From the NCBI RefSeq assembly GCF_001194135.2, contig NC_068997.1:31825924-31889923 (forward strand): a stretch of DNA of 64,000 nt, read 5' to 3'. The translations under genes and the position numbers were made by a program. Below are positions 1 through 13,491 of this stretch, in pieces. The notes under the pieces are model-generated. The model did no database searches and was not told the origin of the DNA. It saw only the letters and a list, made by a program, of their open reading frames with translations. Each line of letters opens with the position of its first letter. Within the stretch, counting starts at the first letter, position 1. The DNA comes from Octopus bimaculoides. Lineage: Eukaryota.

Positions 1-329
1 TGGAGAGGGGAGGCTGGTAATGCATGGGCAACTGCTGGTCTTCCATAAACAACCTTGCCCAGGCTTGTGCCTAAGAGGGTAACTTTTTAGGTACAATCCC
101 ATGGTCAGTCATGGCTGGAGGGGGTCTTTTATTCTTTTAAAGAACAAAATCTGATTGAGCCCTTTAACCAATTTCCTTCCTCCTCAAGACACCCCAACTC
201 ATCACATCCCTAACTACAGCTCTGTCTTGATACCACTAGCTTTTCTTGCTACTCAGAAACTTTTCATTTGTTATCTAACCTTTATCGATTAATACTCTTC
301 ACTCCCCCCACATTTTTATTGATCACTCC

Positions 330-1375
330 CACCACAAAGCCAAGTGCTTTTATGCAATGCCACACAGGCACTTTTATGTGGGACCACACAAGCACTTTTA
401 CATGGCATCACCACGAGTGCTTTTTTATGTGGAACCAGCCTAGGACTCTTGTGGGTCAGTCCTCACCACCGCCAGGATCAGTCTTAACACTTCTGCTGCA
501 GAGTACAGGCCTTCTTGAGTACAACAAGGTGTTAGGCATCTCAGTCCTTTGTCATCTTGCCTGAAAGGTTCAGCGTCCTGAGGTCGTTCTTCAGCACTTC
601 ATCCCACATCCTCCTGGGTCTCCCACTTCCATGTGTTTCATCCACTTTGAGAGATCAGCACTTCTTTATGTAGCTGTTAGCATCCATACACATCACATGA
701 CCAAACCAGTGCAATCTTCTCTCTTGCACACAGCAACTAATTCCTCTTATGCCTAACATCTCTTTCAAAGCACTAACATTCTGTCAAACATTTACACTTA
801 CATTACACATCCATCAGAGCATACTAGCCCCATTCCTTTCTAACCTTCACATGTCTTCTGCATTCAGGGCCCACATCTCACTACCATGTAGAATTGCTGT
901 CCATATACATGCATCATACAATCTTCCTTTCATTCAGAGAGAGAAACCATTCATAGCCAACAGAGGTAACAGCTCTCTGAATTTCTTTATCTTATTCTTG
1001 TTCTTGTTATTATACTCTCTGTGCATCCTCCTGCACTACTAATTTGGTCCCCTAGCTAGCAGAAATTATACGCTACTTTTCATGAGCCACGAGGTCATTT
1101 GAAAGAATCAATTTCATGGGATTCTGTGTATCTTCCACATATGAACATTACCTTCTCTGATAATCTTCTTATTAATCTACTGCAGTTCTTGTGTGCCCAT
1201 AGCTTACACTGGATACAACATATGGACTTCCTGCCTACACCTTTCCTACAAATTGAACAGGGCCACCACATATCTGAAGTGGGTAGGGCCGTGTCAGTTT
1301 TCTCGCTTACTAGGACTTTGGCCCTTAGATTCCAAATTTTGTTTCCACACCTGGAATTTCTCTTCAAGACTTAAT
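330..1375 (-). mobile_element. RTE-like LINE fragment (post-RT region, PHD-like finger, 3' end)
   Basis: Minus ORF 1095-1367 NLRAKVLVS...[28 protein letters not shown] matches the 24400-24610 part of the long LINE. About 200 bp (401-600) recurs near-identically at 2154-2354; another fragment lies at about 3915-4110. Confidence 0.8.
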
Positions 1376-1909
1376 GGAGCCATATTTATATACGAAATTC
1401 TTCACTGTATTCATGATTAACTCATACCTGTATATATTTCACTCAGGCATTGCATGACTAATAACCTGGTGTAGAACTCAATACACGTATACTTCAGAAC
1501 AAAGTGTGAGATGAGTATAGAGCAGTAATAAGAAATCGAGATGACAAAAAAATGATTATCTTCTGAACTTCATTAGCTTGCAGCTGTTTCTGTTACAAGT
1601 TGCAGCAGGTTCATAGCTGAGTGCCTGAGTAACATTTTACAACTTATAAATTGCATTTCATATTCAAGGCTCCAAAGCTTATGAAGTTCATAAAATAATT
1701 GTTTATTCCTTTGTAATCTCATTTATATATAAGAAATAATCAAAATTCAGTTGAATTAGGTGCTTATGTTGAGGCACCAAGTCAGTCCGGTATTATCTGC
1801 ACAACTCGAAGTAAGATGGATAAAAAGAAAATAAGTAACACGGATGTCAAGGTATTAGTACAGTAATGCACTAATATTTTGACATCCTTGTTACTTATTT
1901 GCTTTATCG

Positions 1910-2096
1910 TGATGGCACGTAAAAGCACCCACTACACTCTCAAAGTGGTTGGCATTAGGAAGGGCGTCCAGCTGTAGAAACTCTGCCAAATCAGATTGGA
2001 GCCTGGTGTAGCCATCTGGTTTCACCAGTCCTCAGTCAAATCGTCCAACCCATGCTAGCATGGAAAGCAGACATTAAACGACGACGATGATGATGA

Positions 2097-2100
<4 letters not shown>
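1910..2100 (+). mobile_element. 5'-truncated RTE-LINE 3' tail copy ending in (GAT)n
   Basis: Same sequence as the LINE 3' UTR at 25400-25530 (gtggttggcattaggaagggcatccagctgtagaaa...ccaacccatgctagcatggaaag). Further copies at about 3490-3850(-), 6580-6711(-), 18340-18570, 26255-26375, 38960-39165, 40080-40610, 43330-43590, 58880-59120, 61640-61870. Confidence 0.8.
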
Positions 2101-2149
<49 letters not shown>

Positions 2150-2362
2150 TATACATGGCACCATCATGAGTGCTTTTTATGTGGCACCAGCCTAGGGCTC
2201 TTGTGGATCAGTCCTCACCACTGCCAGGATCAGTCTTATCACTTCTGCTGCAGAGTGCAGGTCTTCTTGAGTACAACAAGGTGTTAGGCATCTCAGTCCT
2301 TTGTCATCTTGCCTGAAAGGTTCAGCGTCCTGAGGTCATTCTTCAGCGCTTCATATATATAT

Positions 2363-2437
<75 letters not shown>

Positions 2438-2635
2438 CACACACACATGGCTTCTTTCAGTTTCCATCTACCAAATACCCTCTCATGACTGTCGTTTTTA
2501 TGTTTGCATGAATACTGTTTGCATATAGAAACACTGTTTATCTATATATAGACTACATATGAACAATACTCTTCAATAAAAATTAGATAACCATAGCTAT
2601 TTTAAAAATCAATATTAGAATAACAAAATATTTAC

Positions 2636-2862
2636 ATTTCAAACAGTTTCAGTTGTTCCATAGTAAATGGCTGTTGATCAATCGGAAGCTGTGGTGAGTA
2701 AAGTATCCAGCTGGATGTTGTTTCAACAATAAAGTTATGATTAGACTGTACAGTTTCCAGACTTTGATAAACATCATTGCAAACAAGAGACATTGCTGAT
2801 TCAATAAAATCTAATGATTCTTTCATCTTCCATGTTAAGTGCTGAAGGCCATCGTTAATTAG
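2636..2862 (-). CDS. Dynein-like exon L (227 nt, phase 0-2)
   Basis: attaattacag|CTAATT...TGAAAT|gtaaat; [75 protein letters not shown]. Confidence 0.87.
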
Positions 2863-4995
2863 CTGTAATTAATGAATAAGTTAATTATATTTGTCAAAAA
2901 CAACTTTGAGTAAAATTTATTAATACTGTAAGCTTCCCAAAACATTGACCCATTAGAATTTCCATCTTACCCATGTTTTCTGCAATTATTGACTTTCAAG
3001 GTGAGCATAAATTGTATAAGAAAACCTGCAAAGATTACTGTGCAGCCCCTTCCTTCTAACATGAGAATTTTAAAAGGAACAGTCCCTGCAATAATATCAG
3101 TTCAATCCACTGTACACCATTAATGTAATCACGGATATAGCAAAGAATTCTTAATCCCATTTAAGTACACACCAACAACACATAACTAATACAAGCTCTT
3201 CAATATGAAAAACATCAAGGTCAGATTTAATATCCTGGATAGTATTGTTTACAGGTCTCACATTACATTATAAGACACACATCGAGTCATCCTCACCCAA
3301 CAACCAGCTTGCAAAGCCAGAACTATTAGGATTGTTCACTCAAAGAATTTGCTTTTCAGAAGTGATGGTATATAGAGCAAGTTTAACAACAATTAGTGGT
3401 TTTGAGAAGAATTGTACAAGACTTACAGAGAGTACATTTCCAACCCAATATAACAAGCATATCCAGAGACAGAATTAATTCCACCTCCTTTCATCATCAT
3501 CATCATCATCGTTTAACGTCCACTTTCCATGCTAGCATGGGTTGGACGATTTGACTGAGGACTGGTGAAACCGGATGGCAACACCAGGCTCCAATCTGAT
3601 TTGGCAGAGTTTCTACAGCTGGATGCCCTTCCTAATGCCAACCACTCAGAGAGTGTAGTGGATGCTTTTACGTGTCACCCGCACAAAGGCCAGTCAGGTG
3701 GTACTGGCAACGGCCACGCTCAAAATGGTGTATTTTATGTGACACCCGCACAAGAGCCAGTCTAGGGGCACTGGCAACGATCTCGCTCGAAAATCCTACG
3801 AAGGAGAGTCAGGCAGTACTGGCAACGGCCACGCTCAAAATGGTTTCTGTTTCAAAATGCCTGGAGTTTAAAGGAAAAGGAATTTAAAGATTCCTATGAC
3901 ATGGATAATTGTAGATAGTGTTCCTGTACACATATAGATCCTACTGTGTACCCATAGCTTACACAGTACACCATATGGAGTTCCTGCCTACATCTTTCCT
4001 ACAAATTGAACAGGGCCACCACATACCTGAAGTGGGTAGGGTCCTGTCAGTTTTCTTGCTTACTAGGACTTTGGCCCTTAGATTCCAGATTTTGCTTCCA
4101 CACCTGGAATTTCTGAATATGTATATTTTGAATATGTATATTCTGAATATGTCTATTCAGAAATTTTCATATCCTAACATAGCCACCCATATTTCGCAAT
4201 AAGAATTCAAGATCTTATTGTTCTAGCACCACCAGAAGAACTTATAACTACCAACATTCAAGATTCATTCAGGGTAAATTCATAAATCCAACCTCATATT
4301 ACCAGTAAATGTATCAACGATCAAGCCTTATATTAGTTTAATGGTCAACATGTTTAAGTTATGATATAACCAGCATACACACTCCCTGAACCTAACTAGA
4401 TGCATAGCAACCTCTTTATCAACATATGCTTGAAATTTAAAAAACAAACACAACTTCTGACATTCAATGGAAAATTTTAGACTGCATGAAATAATAACAC
4501 CGATTTCCAAGACTCTACAATCAATGAACCACTAGTGAAAATCTAAAAATACTATTCCATCTTATGAAAATCCCAAATTGCAATTCAGAGCACATGGTTT
4601 TCTGTAGACATACAATTTCATATTTATTGAAGAACTACAATTCCACAAGAAAATTAACCCTAAAAGTAACCATCCTTGACCCATAGGCTATATATTCTCT
4701 CACTACACTTATATAAACCTATAAATTCAAGAAACTGCCTTTCTGCTCTTGAACTCCACCAAATCTTCCCTACTCCAACTACCCTCTCACCCACTCCATA
4801 CACAGGCCACATAGTACTCAACAGCTAATGTCTTACTATTCTTTCCAAAAAAGACTAATTGCAGCTTTTACTTCCTAAATAAAACCAATTTTTGTCAAAT
4901 ATTTTCTGATTAAAATGAAGCTGTTTTGCCATGTTGAAAAGCAAAACTCTGACTTGTGCAAGTGAAGTATCATTTAAATTATACATGCATGAGCG

Positions 4996-5027
<32 letters not shown>

Positions 5028-5638
5028 TCTACTGATATAAGAAAGACGACCAGGCAAAGAAATACCTCCCAATTGAAGTTTTAGTCCCCGTAAATGATAA
5101 TATGATTCTCAAAGAATTGGTCATAACTCAAATATAGAAGCAGAATAACTGAAACAATCTCTAGAGTAATAAGCACCTGGGATTTTTTAAAAATCATGGA
5201 AACAAATGCATAACCAAAACCTTACACATATGTGTAACACACAAAAAACTAACAGTACTAAGGCAGCATGGGTGAGTGACAAGAAGCTTGCTTCCCAACC
5301 ACATAGTTCTCAGTTCAGTCCCACCTGTATGGGACCTTGGGCAAGTGTCTGACTATAGCTTAGGACCAACCAGAGCCTTGTGAGTGGATTTGGTAGATGG
5401 AAATTGAAAGAAGCCTATTATATATATATTTTCTTTCTTTTACTTATTTCAGTTATTTGACTGTGTTGGAGCACTGCCTTTTAGTCAAACAAATCGACCC
5501 CAGGACTTATTCTTTGTAAGCCTAGTACTTATTCTATCGGTCACTTTTACTAAACTGCTAAGTTACAGGGATGTAAACACACCAACATTTGTTGTCAAGC
5601 AATGGTAGTGGGACAAACACAGACACACAAATACATAC

Positions 5639-5731
<93 letters not shown>

Positions 5732-7531
5732 TATACTATGAGCTTCTTTCAGTTTCCATCTACCAGATTCACTCATAAGGCTTTGGTCAGCACAATGCTA
5801 TAGCAGAAGATACTTGCCCAAGGTTCCACACAGTGTAACTGAACTTGAAACCATGTGGTTAGGAAGCAAGCTTCTTACCACACAGCCATTCCTGTGCCTA
5901 TATATATATTTATGTGTGTGTCTTGTGGCTGTCTCCCAGTACCACTCAAGAACTGGTGTTGGTGTGTTTACATCCCTGTGACTTAGTAGTTCAGCAAAAG
6001 AGCCAACAGAATAAGTACCAGGCTTAACATAAACTGAGTACTGGGGTCAATTCATTTGACTAAAAATTCTACAAGGCACAGTCTAATAACTGAAACACGT
6101 AGAAGATAAAAGATAGCATAAAAGAAGTCAATTGGATGTGATAGCATCAAAATCAAACATTTACTTACAGAGACAGCGATTATATATCACCCGAGGTGAT
6201 ACACCTATGTCCTATTATACAGGTAAACCGTTACTTAATTTAAATTAAAATCCTGTGTATATGTTGTATAGAAACGTGTAGTGGTCATTAAACAGCTGTC
6301 GAATCGTACTCCTTCTTACTTCTGACTATTTTTTATAAATATTTATTTATTGTACTTATTATTTATTGTACTTTTAATTATAAATTTTTTCTATATGTGA
6401 CAGTGGATTTTCATCAATGAGTTCATAAACCTTGGTTCTTTTCCCTAATACTATATATTTATATATATTTTATACTGTGAAGCTTAATTTAATTTTAATT
6501 TTTAATAAATTGATTTTAATTGAGTTTTTACCTGTAATTTTGGATTTTATCCCTAATATTATTATTATTATTATCATCATCATCATCATCATCGTTTAAC
6601 GTCCGCTTTCCATGCTAGCATGGGTTGGACGATTTGACTGAGGACTGGTGAAACCGGATGGCAACACCAGGCTCCAATCTAATTTGGCAGAGTTTCTACA
6701 GCTGGATGCCCNNNNNNNNNNNNNNNNNNNNNNNNNNNNNNNNNNNNNNNNNNNNNNNNNNNNNNNNNNNNNNNNNNNNNNNNNNNNNNNNNNNNNNNNN
6801 NNNNNNNNNNNNNNNNNNNNNNNNNNNNNNNNNNNNNNNNNNNNNNNNNNNNNNNNNNNNNNNNNNNNNNNNNNNNNNNNNNNNNNNNNNNNNNNNNNNN
6901 NNNNNNNNNNNNNNNNNNNNNNNNNNNNNNNNNNNNNNNNNNNNNNNNNNNNNNNNNNNNNNNNNNNNNNNNNNNNNNNNNNNNNNNNNNNNNNNNNNNN
7001 NNNNNNNNNNNNNNNNNNNNNNNNNNNNNNNNNNNNNNNNNNNNNNNNNNNNNNNNNNNNNNNNNNNNNNNNNNNNNNNNNNNNNNNNNNNNNNNNNNNN
7101 NNNNNNNNNNNNNNNNNNNNNNNNNNNNNNNNNNNNNNNNNNNNNNNNNNNNNNNNNNNNNNNNNNNNNNNNNNNNNNNNNNNNNNNNNNNNNNNNNNNN
7201 NNNNNNNNNNNNNNNNNNNNNNNNNNNNNNNNNNNNNNNNNNNNNNNNNNNNNNNNNNNNNNNNNNNNNNNNNNNNNNNNNNNNNNNNNNNNNNNNNNNN
7301 NNNNNNNNNNNNNNNNNNNNNNNNNNNNNNNNNNNNNNNNNNNNNNNNNNNNNNNNNNNNNNNNNNNNNNNNNNNNNNNNNNNNNNNNNNNNNNNNNNNN
7401 NNNNNNNNNNNNNNNNNNNNNNNNNNNNNNNNNNNNNNNNNNNNNNNNNNNNNNNNNNNNNNNNNNNNNNNNNNNNNNNNNNNNNNNNNNNNNNNNNNNN
7501 NNNNNNNNNNNNNNNNNNNNNNNNNNNNNNN

Positions 7532-7566
<35 letters not shown>

Positions 7567-8499
7567 TGTATATATGTATATATATATGTATGTATGTATA
7601 CACACACATTATAGAGCACTTTCTTTACAGTGAAAATAACAAACTTAAAACAGCACATAAGAAAGGCATATAAAGTTGCAATCGCTAATGCTGAGAAAAC
7701 ACCAATGAAATTAAAACTATTTAATAATGATGTTAATAATCCTTTCTACTATAGGCACAAAGCCTGAAATTTGAGGGGAGGAGTATAGTCAATTGCATTG
7801 ACCCAAGTGCACAACTGTTACTTATCTTATCAACCCTGAAAGGATGAACAAAAGTTGACCTCAATAGAATTTGAACTCAGAACATAAAGACCAACGAAAT
7901 GCTGCAGAGCATTTTGTCTAGTGTGCTTACCATTTTGCCACCTCACCACTTTTGCAGTACCAGGCAGTGGCTCTCATGGCTTCCGATCTTAATTGATTGG
8001 AAGTGTTATCATGTACATTGTTTTGTCTTCGTATAAAAGATGGGCTACAGCAAATATTCTGCTCAATACCACAGATTTGCTTGTCACTTGTTTGATCTTA
8101 ACCAGTTGAGCATGTCCTTTGTTGGCTGACGATATGTGCATCTCTGATCATGAGCAGAAGTAGTGGGGGAGCATCATAGCCATGTGTTGAGAGGAATTCT
8201 TTGGGGTTTGAATAATTCACCTTTGGAAACTTGGGTGTTTTGCTCAACATCCTTAAACAAACCTTATTCAAGGACCTTTTGAGTGGGATGGGCTACTCGA
8301 CCTGAAAAAAATTCTAACTGGGCCCCACCTGCGAGGTCATGCGCTGTTTATTTTGATATGAGATCACCGTGTAGTGTACATATGGTTGTGATGCATGTGC
8401 CTGGTGTACCCTTATCAGACGGGTAGTCATGATGGGTATATTGGGCTTCGTATATTTTACCCCAGTGTCACTTTGATGGCATGCACTGCTCTCTCACTC

Positions 8500-8534
<35 letters not shown>

Positions 8535-11500
8535 TAATAATCCTTTTTATCGTAGACACAAGGACTGAAAATTGGGTGGGGAGTTAGCTAATTACATTGT
8601 CCCCCAATGCTCGACTGATACTTATTTTATCAACCCTGGATGAATGGCAAAGTTGACCACAGTGCAATTTGAACTCAACAACATGAAGGAGGATAAAATG
8701 CTGCAAAGCATTTTGTCTGGCATGCTAATAATTCTCTAGCTTGCTACCTTAATAATAACAAGAGCACTCAGAGAGCACAAACCTCTGCCAAGGCAACGCC
8801 AACGTCCTCTCAATGATTAGCCAGAAATGATTTTTAAATGAGAATATCTGAAATAAACTTGACTGCTCTCACAAACGAACATACTAAAAATGAACCCAAC
8901 CACTCTTTAAAATTAAGTGAAGAAAACAGGAAAAATAATCCAGAATCCTTGTCTGGTACCAGACCAATCTCAAAATCTAATCAGTTCATGCCAATCATAT
9001 GGCCAAACATCCAAATCCATCCAGCGGTTCTTGAGATATCTTGTCCAAGGACAAAGAAAGAAACAAACACAACTGAAAACAATACCTCCACCTTTGCTAA
9101 GGCAGAGGTTAAAATAATAAGTGGATAAAACTATCCAATAATAATAATAAGTGGATAAACTATCCAAATTCAAGTGGATAGTTTAACAGCAACAACAACG
9201 ATCTCAGCATGGTAAGAATCAATACAGATACCCAAACAATATCAATGGGATTGTCCTGTCAGAATGTGAACTGCCAGAGGACTTTGGCACTAGGACACCA
9301 AAAAACAATACCAACAACAACAATTACACCCCTGGAATATACGGTCCAGTACAGCTAAATATGGATGAAATGCATGCCTTAGAGTTGCCACTGAAATTCG
9401 CTACATATAAGAAAGTCAGAAAAATTCATTCATGTTGACATTATTACTCGGAAACGAAATTGAAAAAAAAGTAGTGCAATGGTTATAAAAAAAAAGGTGT
9501 AGAAAACGAATATGAAAAATGCCTGGAAAGCAAGGGGGGGGGGNNNNNNNNNNNNNNNNNNNNNNNNNNNNNNNNNNNNNNNNNNNNNNNNNNNNNNNNN
9601 NNNNNNNNNNNNNNNNNNNNNNNNNNNNNNNNNNNNNNNNNNNNNNNNNNNNNNNNNNNNNNNNNNNNNNNNNNNNNNNNNNNNNNNNNNNNNNNNNNNN
9701 NNNNNNNNNNNNNNNNNNNNNNNNNNNNNNNNNNNNNNNNNNNNNNNNNNNNNNNNNNNNNNNNNNNNNNNNNNNNNNNNNNNNNNNNNNNNNNNNNNNN
9801 NNNNNNNNNNNNNNNNNNNNNNNNNNNNNNNNNNNNNNNNNNNNNNNNNNNNNNNNNNNNNNNNNNNNNNNNNNNNNNNNNNNNNNNNNNNNNNNNNNNN
9901 NNNNNNNNNNNNNNNNNNNNNNNNNNNNNNNNNNNNNNNNNNNNNNNNNNNNNNNNNNNNNNNNNNNNNNNNNNNNNNNNNNNNNNNNNNNNNNNNNNNN
10001 NNNNNNNNNNNNNNNNNNNNNNNNNNNNNNNNNNNNNNNNNNNNNNNNNNNNNNNNNNNNNNNNNNNNNNNNNNNNNNNNNNNNNNNNNNNNNNNNNNNN
10101 NNNNNNNNNNNNNNNNNNNNNNNNNNNNNNNNNNNNNNNNNNNNNNNNNNNNNNNNNNNNNNNNNNNNNNNNNNNNNNNNNNNNNNNNNNNNNNNNNNNN
10201 NNNNNNNNNNNNNNGAATCTTGTAATTTTTGTGAAGTCCTCTAGCCCCCACCCCTGTTACTTTCTGCGCACTTTTGTTTTCAGATTCGTTTCCTACGTGG
10301 GTATGAAGTAGAAAGATATCCATTTTCCTCAAAGTTACAAGGGAAAAACATCGGATCATGTGAATTTCTCAAGTCCTCTTCCCACCCTCTCGGAAAAGAT
10401 TTTCCCCACAAATTTCTTTATAATCATAATCTATACCGTTTGAAAGGTATTTATATAAATTTTCATTTAAAAAAGAACCATTTTCCTGAAAGTTATGCAG
10501 GAAAAACATCGGCTCTTGTGAATTTTCCGAAGGCCTCTTCCCATGCCCCATTGCTTTCCAGGTATTTTTGTTTTCATATTTGTTTCCTACACCCTTTTTT
10601 TTTACACTTGTTGCACTATTATTATTATTTATTTTTTTTGATTTGGTTTCCAGGTAATAAGGTCAACATTAACTAAAAAATTGATTACTTATCTGAGATT
10701 GAAAAAAAACGTTCCTAAAAATAAGATGGAAGTTAGGACAAAACAACAACAACAATAGCAATCTTAATGACAACAATAGTGCCAATAACAACAATGATAG
10801 CCACAACATCCCACATGCTAACAATTATAATAACAATAACACAAATCATACAAAACCAAAACAATTATAATAATAGCTGTAACAACAACAATAGCAATGA
10901 TAATAACAACAACACCCCACGCACAGACAACAATACCAACCACAACATTATCCACACTGCCATCAGCACAACACCACCCACAACAATAACAACAACAATG
11001 AACACAACAAAAGCACTACCACCACCACCACCACCACCTCCAGTGACTGTAACAACAACAACCACAACGATAGTAACACCAGTAATACCCTATACTCTGT
11101 CTTCTATAACCTCAACAACAAATCATATGATATGACGAGGATCTACCCCACAGACTTACCATTCAATAAAAGGGTATATATCCCACCACTGACTGACAGT
11201 GAGACAGAGACAAAGATTTCCTTAGCTAGAAATAGACTCCGACACATCTTAGACGGGTACAACAAAACCACTAAAAAACATGAGGGGGAGACCCACCAAC
11301 TCAGTTTATTTCTTGCCAAAGGCCTACAAAACCTGAAACAGTGAATTAGAAATAGGGAATTAGTGTGCCTCCTTATGGACAAATCTGGCAGAATGTCTAT
11401 AGACAGCCCGCAGAACTATGTCCAGACCATGCAACAACACATTAGTAGCATGAGAGAAGTTGCACCTCAGGAACATGAAAGAGTTGAAAAATTCCTCAAT

Positions 11501-13460
11501 GTACACATGGGAATGTGGTGCAACATACTCCAACCCAAGAAACAGACTTCACAAAATTTCCATGCTTTCAACAATGATGTCCCTATGCTATACAGGTTAT
11601 GTGTCATAAACCCAACATAAACCCTGTTGTGGGGCCCCTGACCCAGCCAGTTTGCAGAGTGAATATCTCCAGCAATTATTTCCTCTCACAGATGTTACAG
11701 CCACTCATTGAAATCTCCTGAGATGTCTGTGTGAGTACAGAGGTTCTCCTCAATAGAATCAGTAGTTGCAACCACTCCAATGACCTCACAGGTTGTGTAG
11801 TGGGAGGTATGGATGCAGTTTCACTCTCCCCATCTATAGACAGAGATTTTGCTGTGGAAAAATGCATTGAGATTATCTGTGAGAGTGAGAAAGAGTTCTG
11901 TGAAGTCAACACAAGGGAAGTGGGCCACCTCCTTAAACTAAGCTATGACTGTAACTACCTAGACAACCATAACCTTAGTAGATATGCCCCACCAGGTCAC
12001 AGAGAGGAAGACCACCACCATCACCTTGGCAGTGAAGAAAAGCACCACAGAGTGCTGGAATGGCTGGACCATATCAACCCAGGACACTGAGAACAAGAGG
12101 TAGGTGGAAAGAATGATTGCACATGCAATAAGGGCTAACATAAGAACCACCTTGAAGAACCACATAGTAAAGCTGAACAAGAAACTATACATGCAAGTTC
12201 AAGGTGCAGTCATTGGTGTCAATCTGGCTGGAGATGTGGCTGGTGTCTTCATGACCTGGTGGAACAGAAAGCTTACACAATCCTTAGCAGAATAATCCAC
12301 AACTGTTTTGCTTTACTATAGGTATGTAGATGACATGAACATTCTAGTTGGGACAAACCCTAGTAACTGTAATAAAGAAACTGAGAGAAGCATAATGGAG
12401 AGCATCCAGTACGTAGCTAACTCCATCCACCAAAGTATCAAGGTAACTATAGATTACCTCCACTTGGCACCCTAACAACAGACTCCCTGTACTTGATACT
12501 GAACTTTGGTAAGAGACTTAACAACAGAGTTCAGCTCCTCCACTCCTATAGCTTCTAAATATGTTGTTCACAAGAACTCAGCTTTATCACACATGAAAAT
12601 TAACATATTGATAGCAGACTTAGGATAATGAACAACACATCCCGCCTATGTGAAACCCATGAAACAAAGAAACATGTACAGAACTTAATGCTCTGCATGC
12701 AATTCTCTGGATATGACCAGAAAGATAGGGTTCAAGTATACAGGGGAGCTAGAAAGAAGTTAGATGTGATGAAACCAGTGTGCCTGCCCTATATACAGAG
12801 GTAAAGACTGTAATAGGATACAGAGAGTTTGTAACAAAGCAAACAGGGCGAACACATGGTACAAGGCTGACAAATTTCAAGGAGTGATATTTGTAGAGGC
12901 CACAACCCATGGAGAACTAGCCCGAAGATTTAGGAAAACTCTGAAGGAAGCCAAGCTCAACATTAAGATCGTTGAAAAGTCAGGGAACTCCATCAGATCA
13001 CAATTATGTAGGATGTACCCCTTTGAGAATACCACATGCACCAATGAGAATTGCATGGTATGTAAGATTAACCCCAGCATTAACTGTAGAACCAGAAATG
13101 TAGTCTACAGTATAAGGGGCAATAGCAGGTGCTTGTAAAGACAAGAACATGACATACATTGGTGAGACATCTAGAAGCCTTGCGTAGAGATTAAATGAAC
13201 ACTTGAAACAATATGACAACAAAAATCAGTCCTCTATACTCTACCAACATGGGAGCACACTAGGTTGACTTGACATCTGAATTTTATCCAAGCACCCGAA
13301 GGACCCAACACTCAGACAAATACAGAAGTACATCCTCATAAATGAAACATCCCCAGTATTAAATAGTAGATATACATAGAAGGCAGTGATATCTCAATAC
13401 CCATAGTTTATACATACACAGGTAGATACCTTAGTAGGCTGTTATGTAAATGTATATGTT

Positions 13461-13491
<31 letters not shown>

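Noticed and set aside
1427-1660. Possible next dynein exon (donor cag|gtatga near 1427)
   Set aside because: No phase-2 frame gave a convincing dynein-like peptide; the gene probably continues beyond the window start.
4200-4850. Possible additional retroelement relic
   Set aside because: No diagnostic motif was recoverable by eye.
6596-7673. Long ORFs spanning N runs (also near 9.4-10.4, 13.7-14.8, 16.6-17.1, 54.9-55.8 and 56.4-57.0 kb)
   Set aside because: Open only because Ns contain no stop codons.
10767-11135. Thr/Asn/Pro-rich mucin-like ORF
   Set aside because: Translation of a degenerate trinucleotide tract; no splice or domain support. The same applies to the IYIY, CVCV, HTHT and poly-N/L ORFs.
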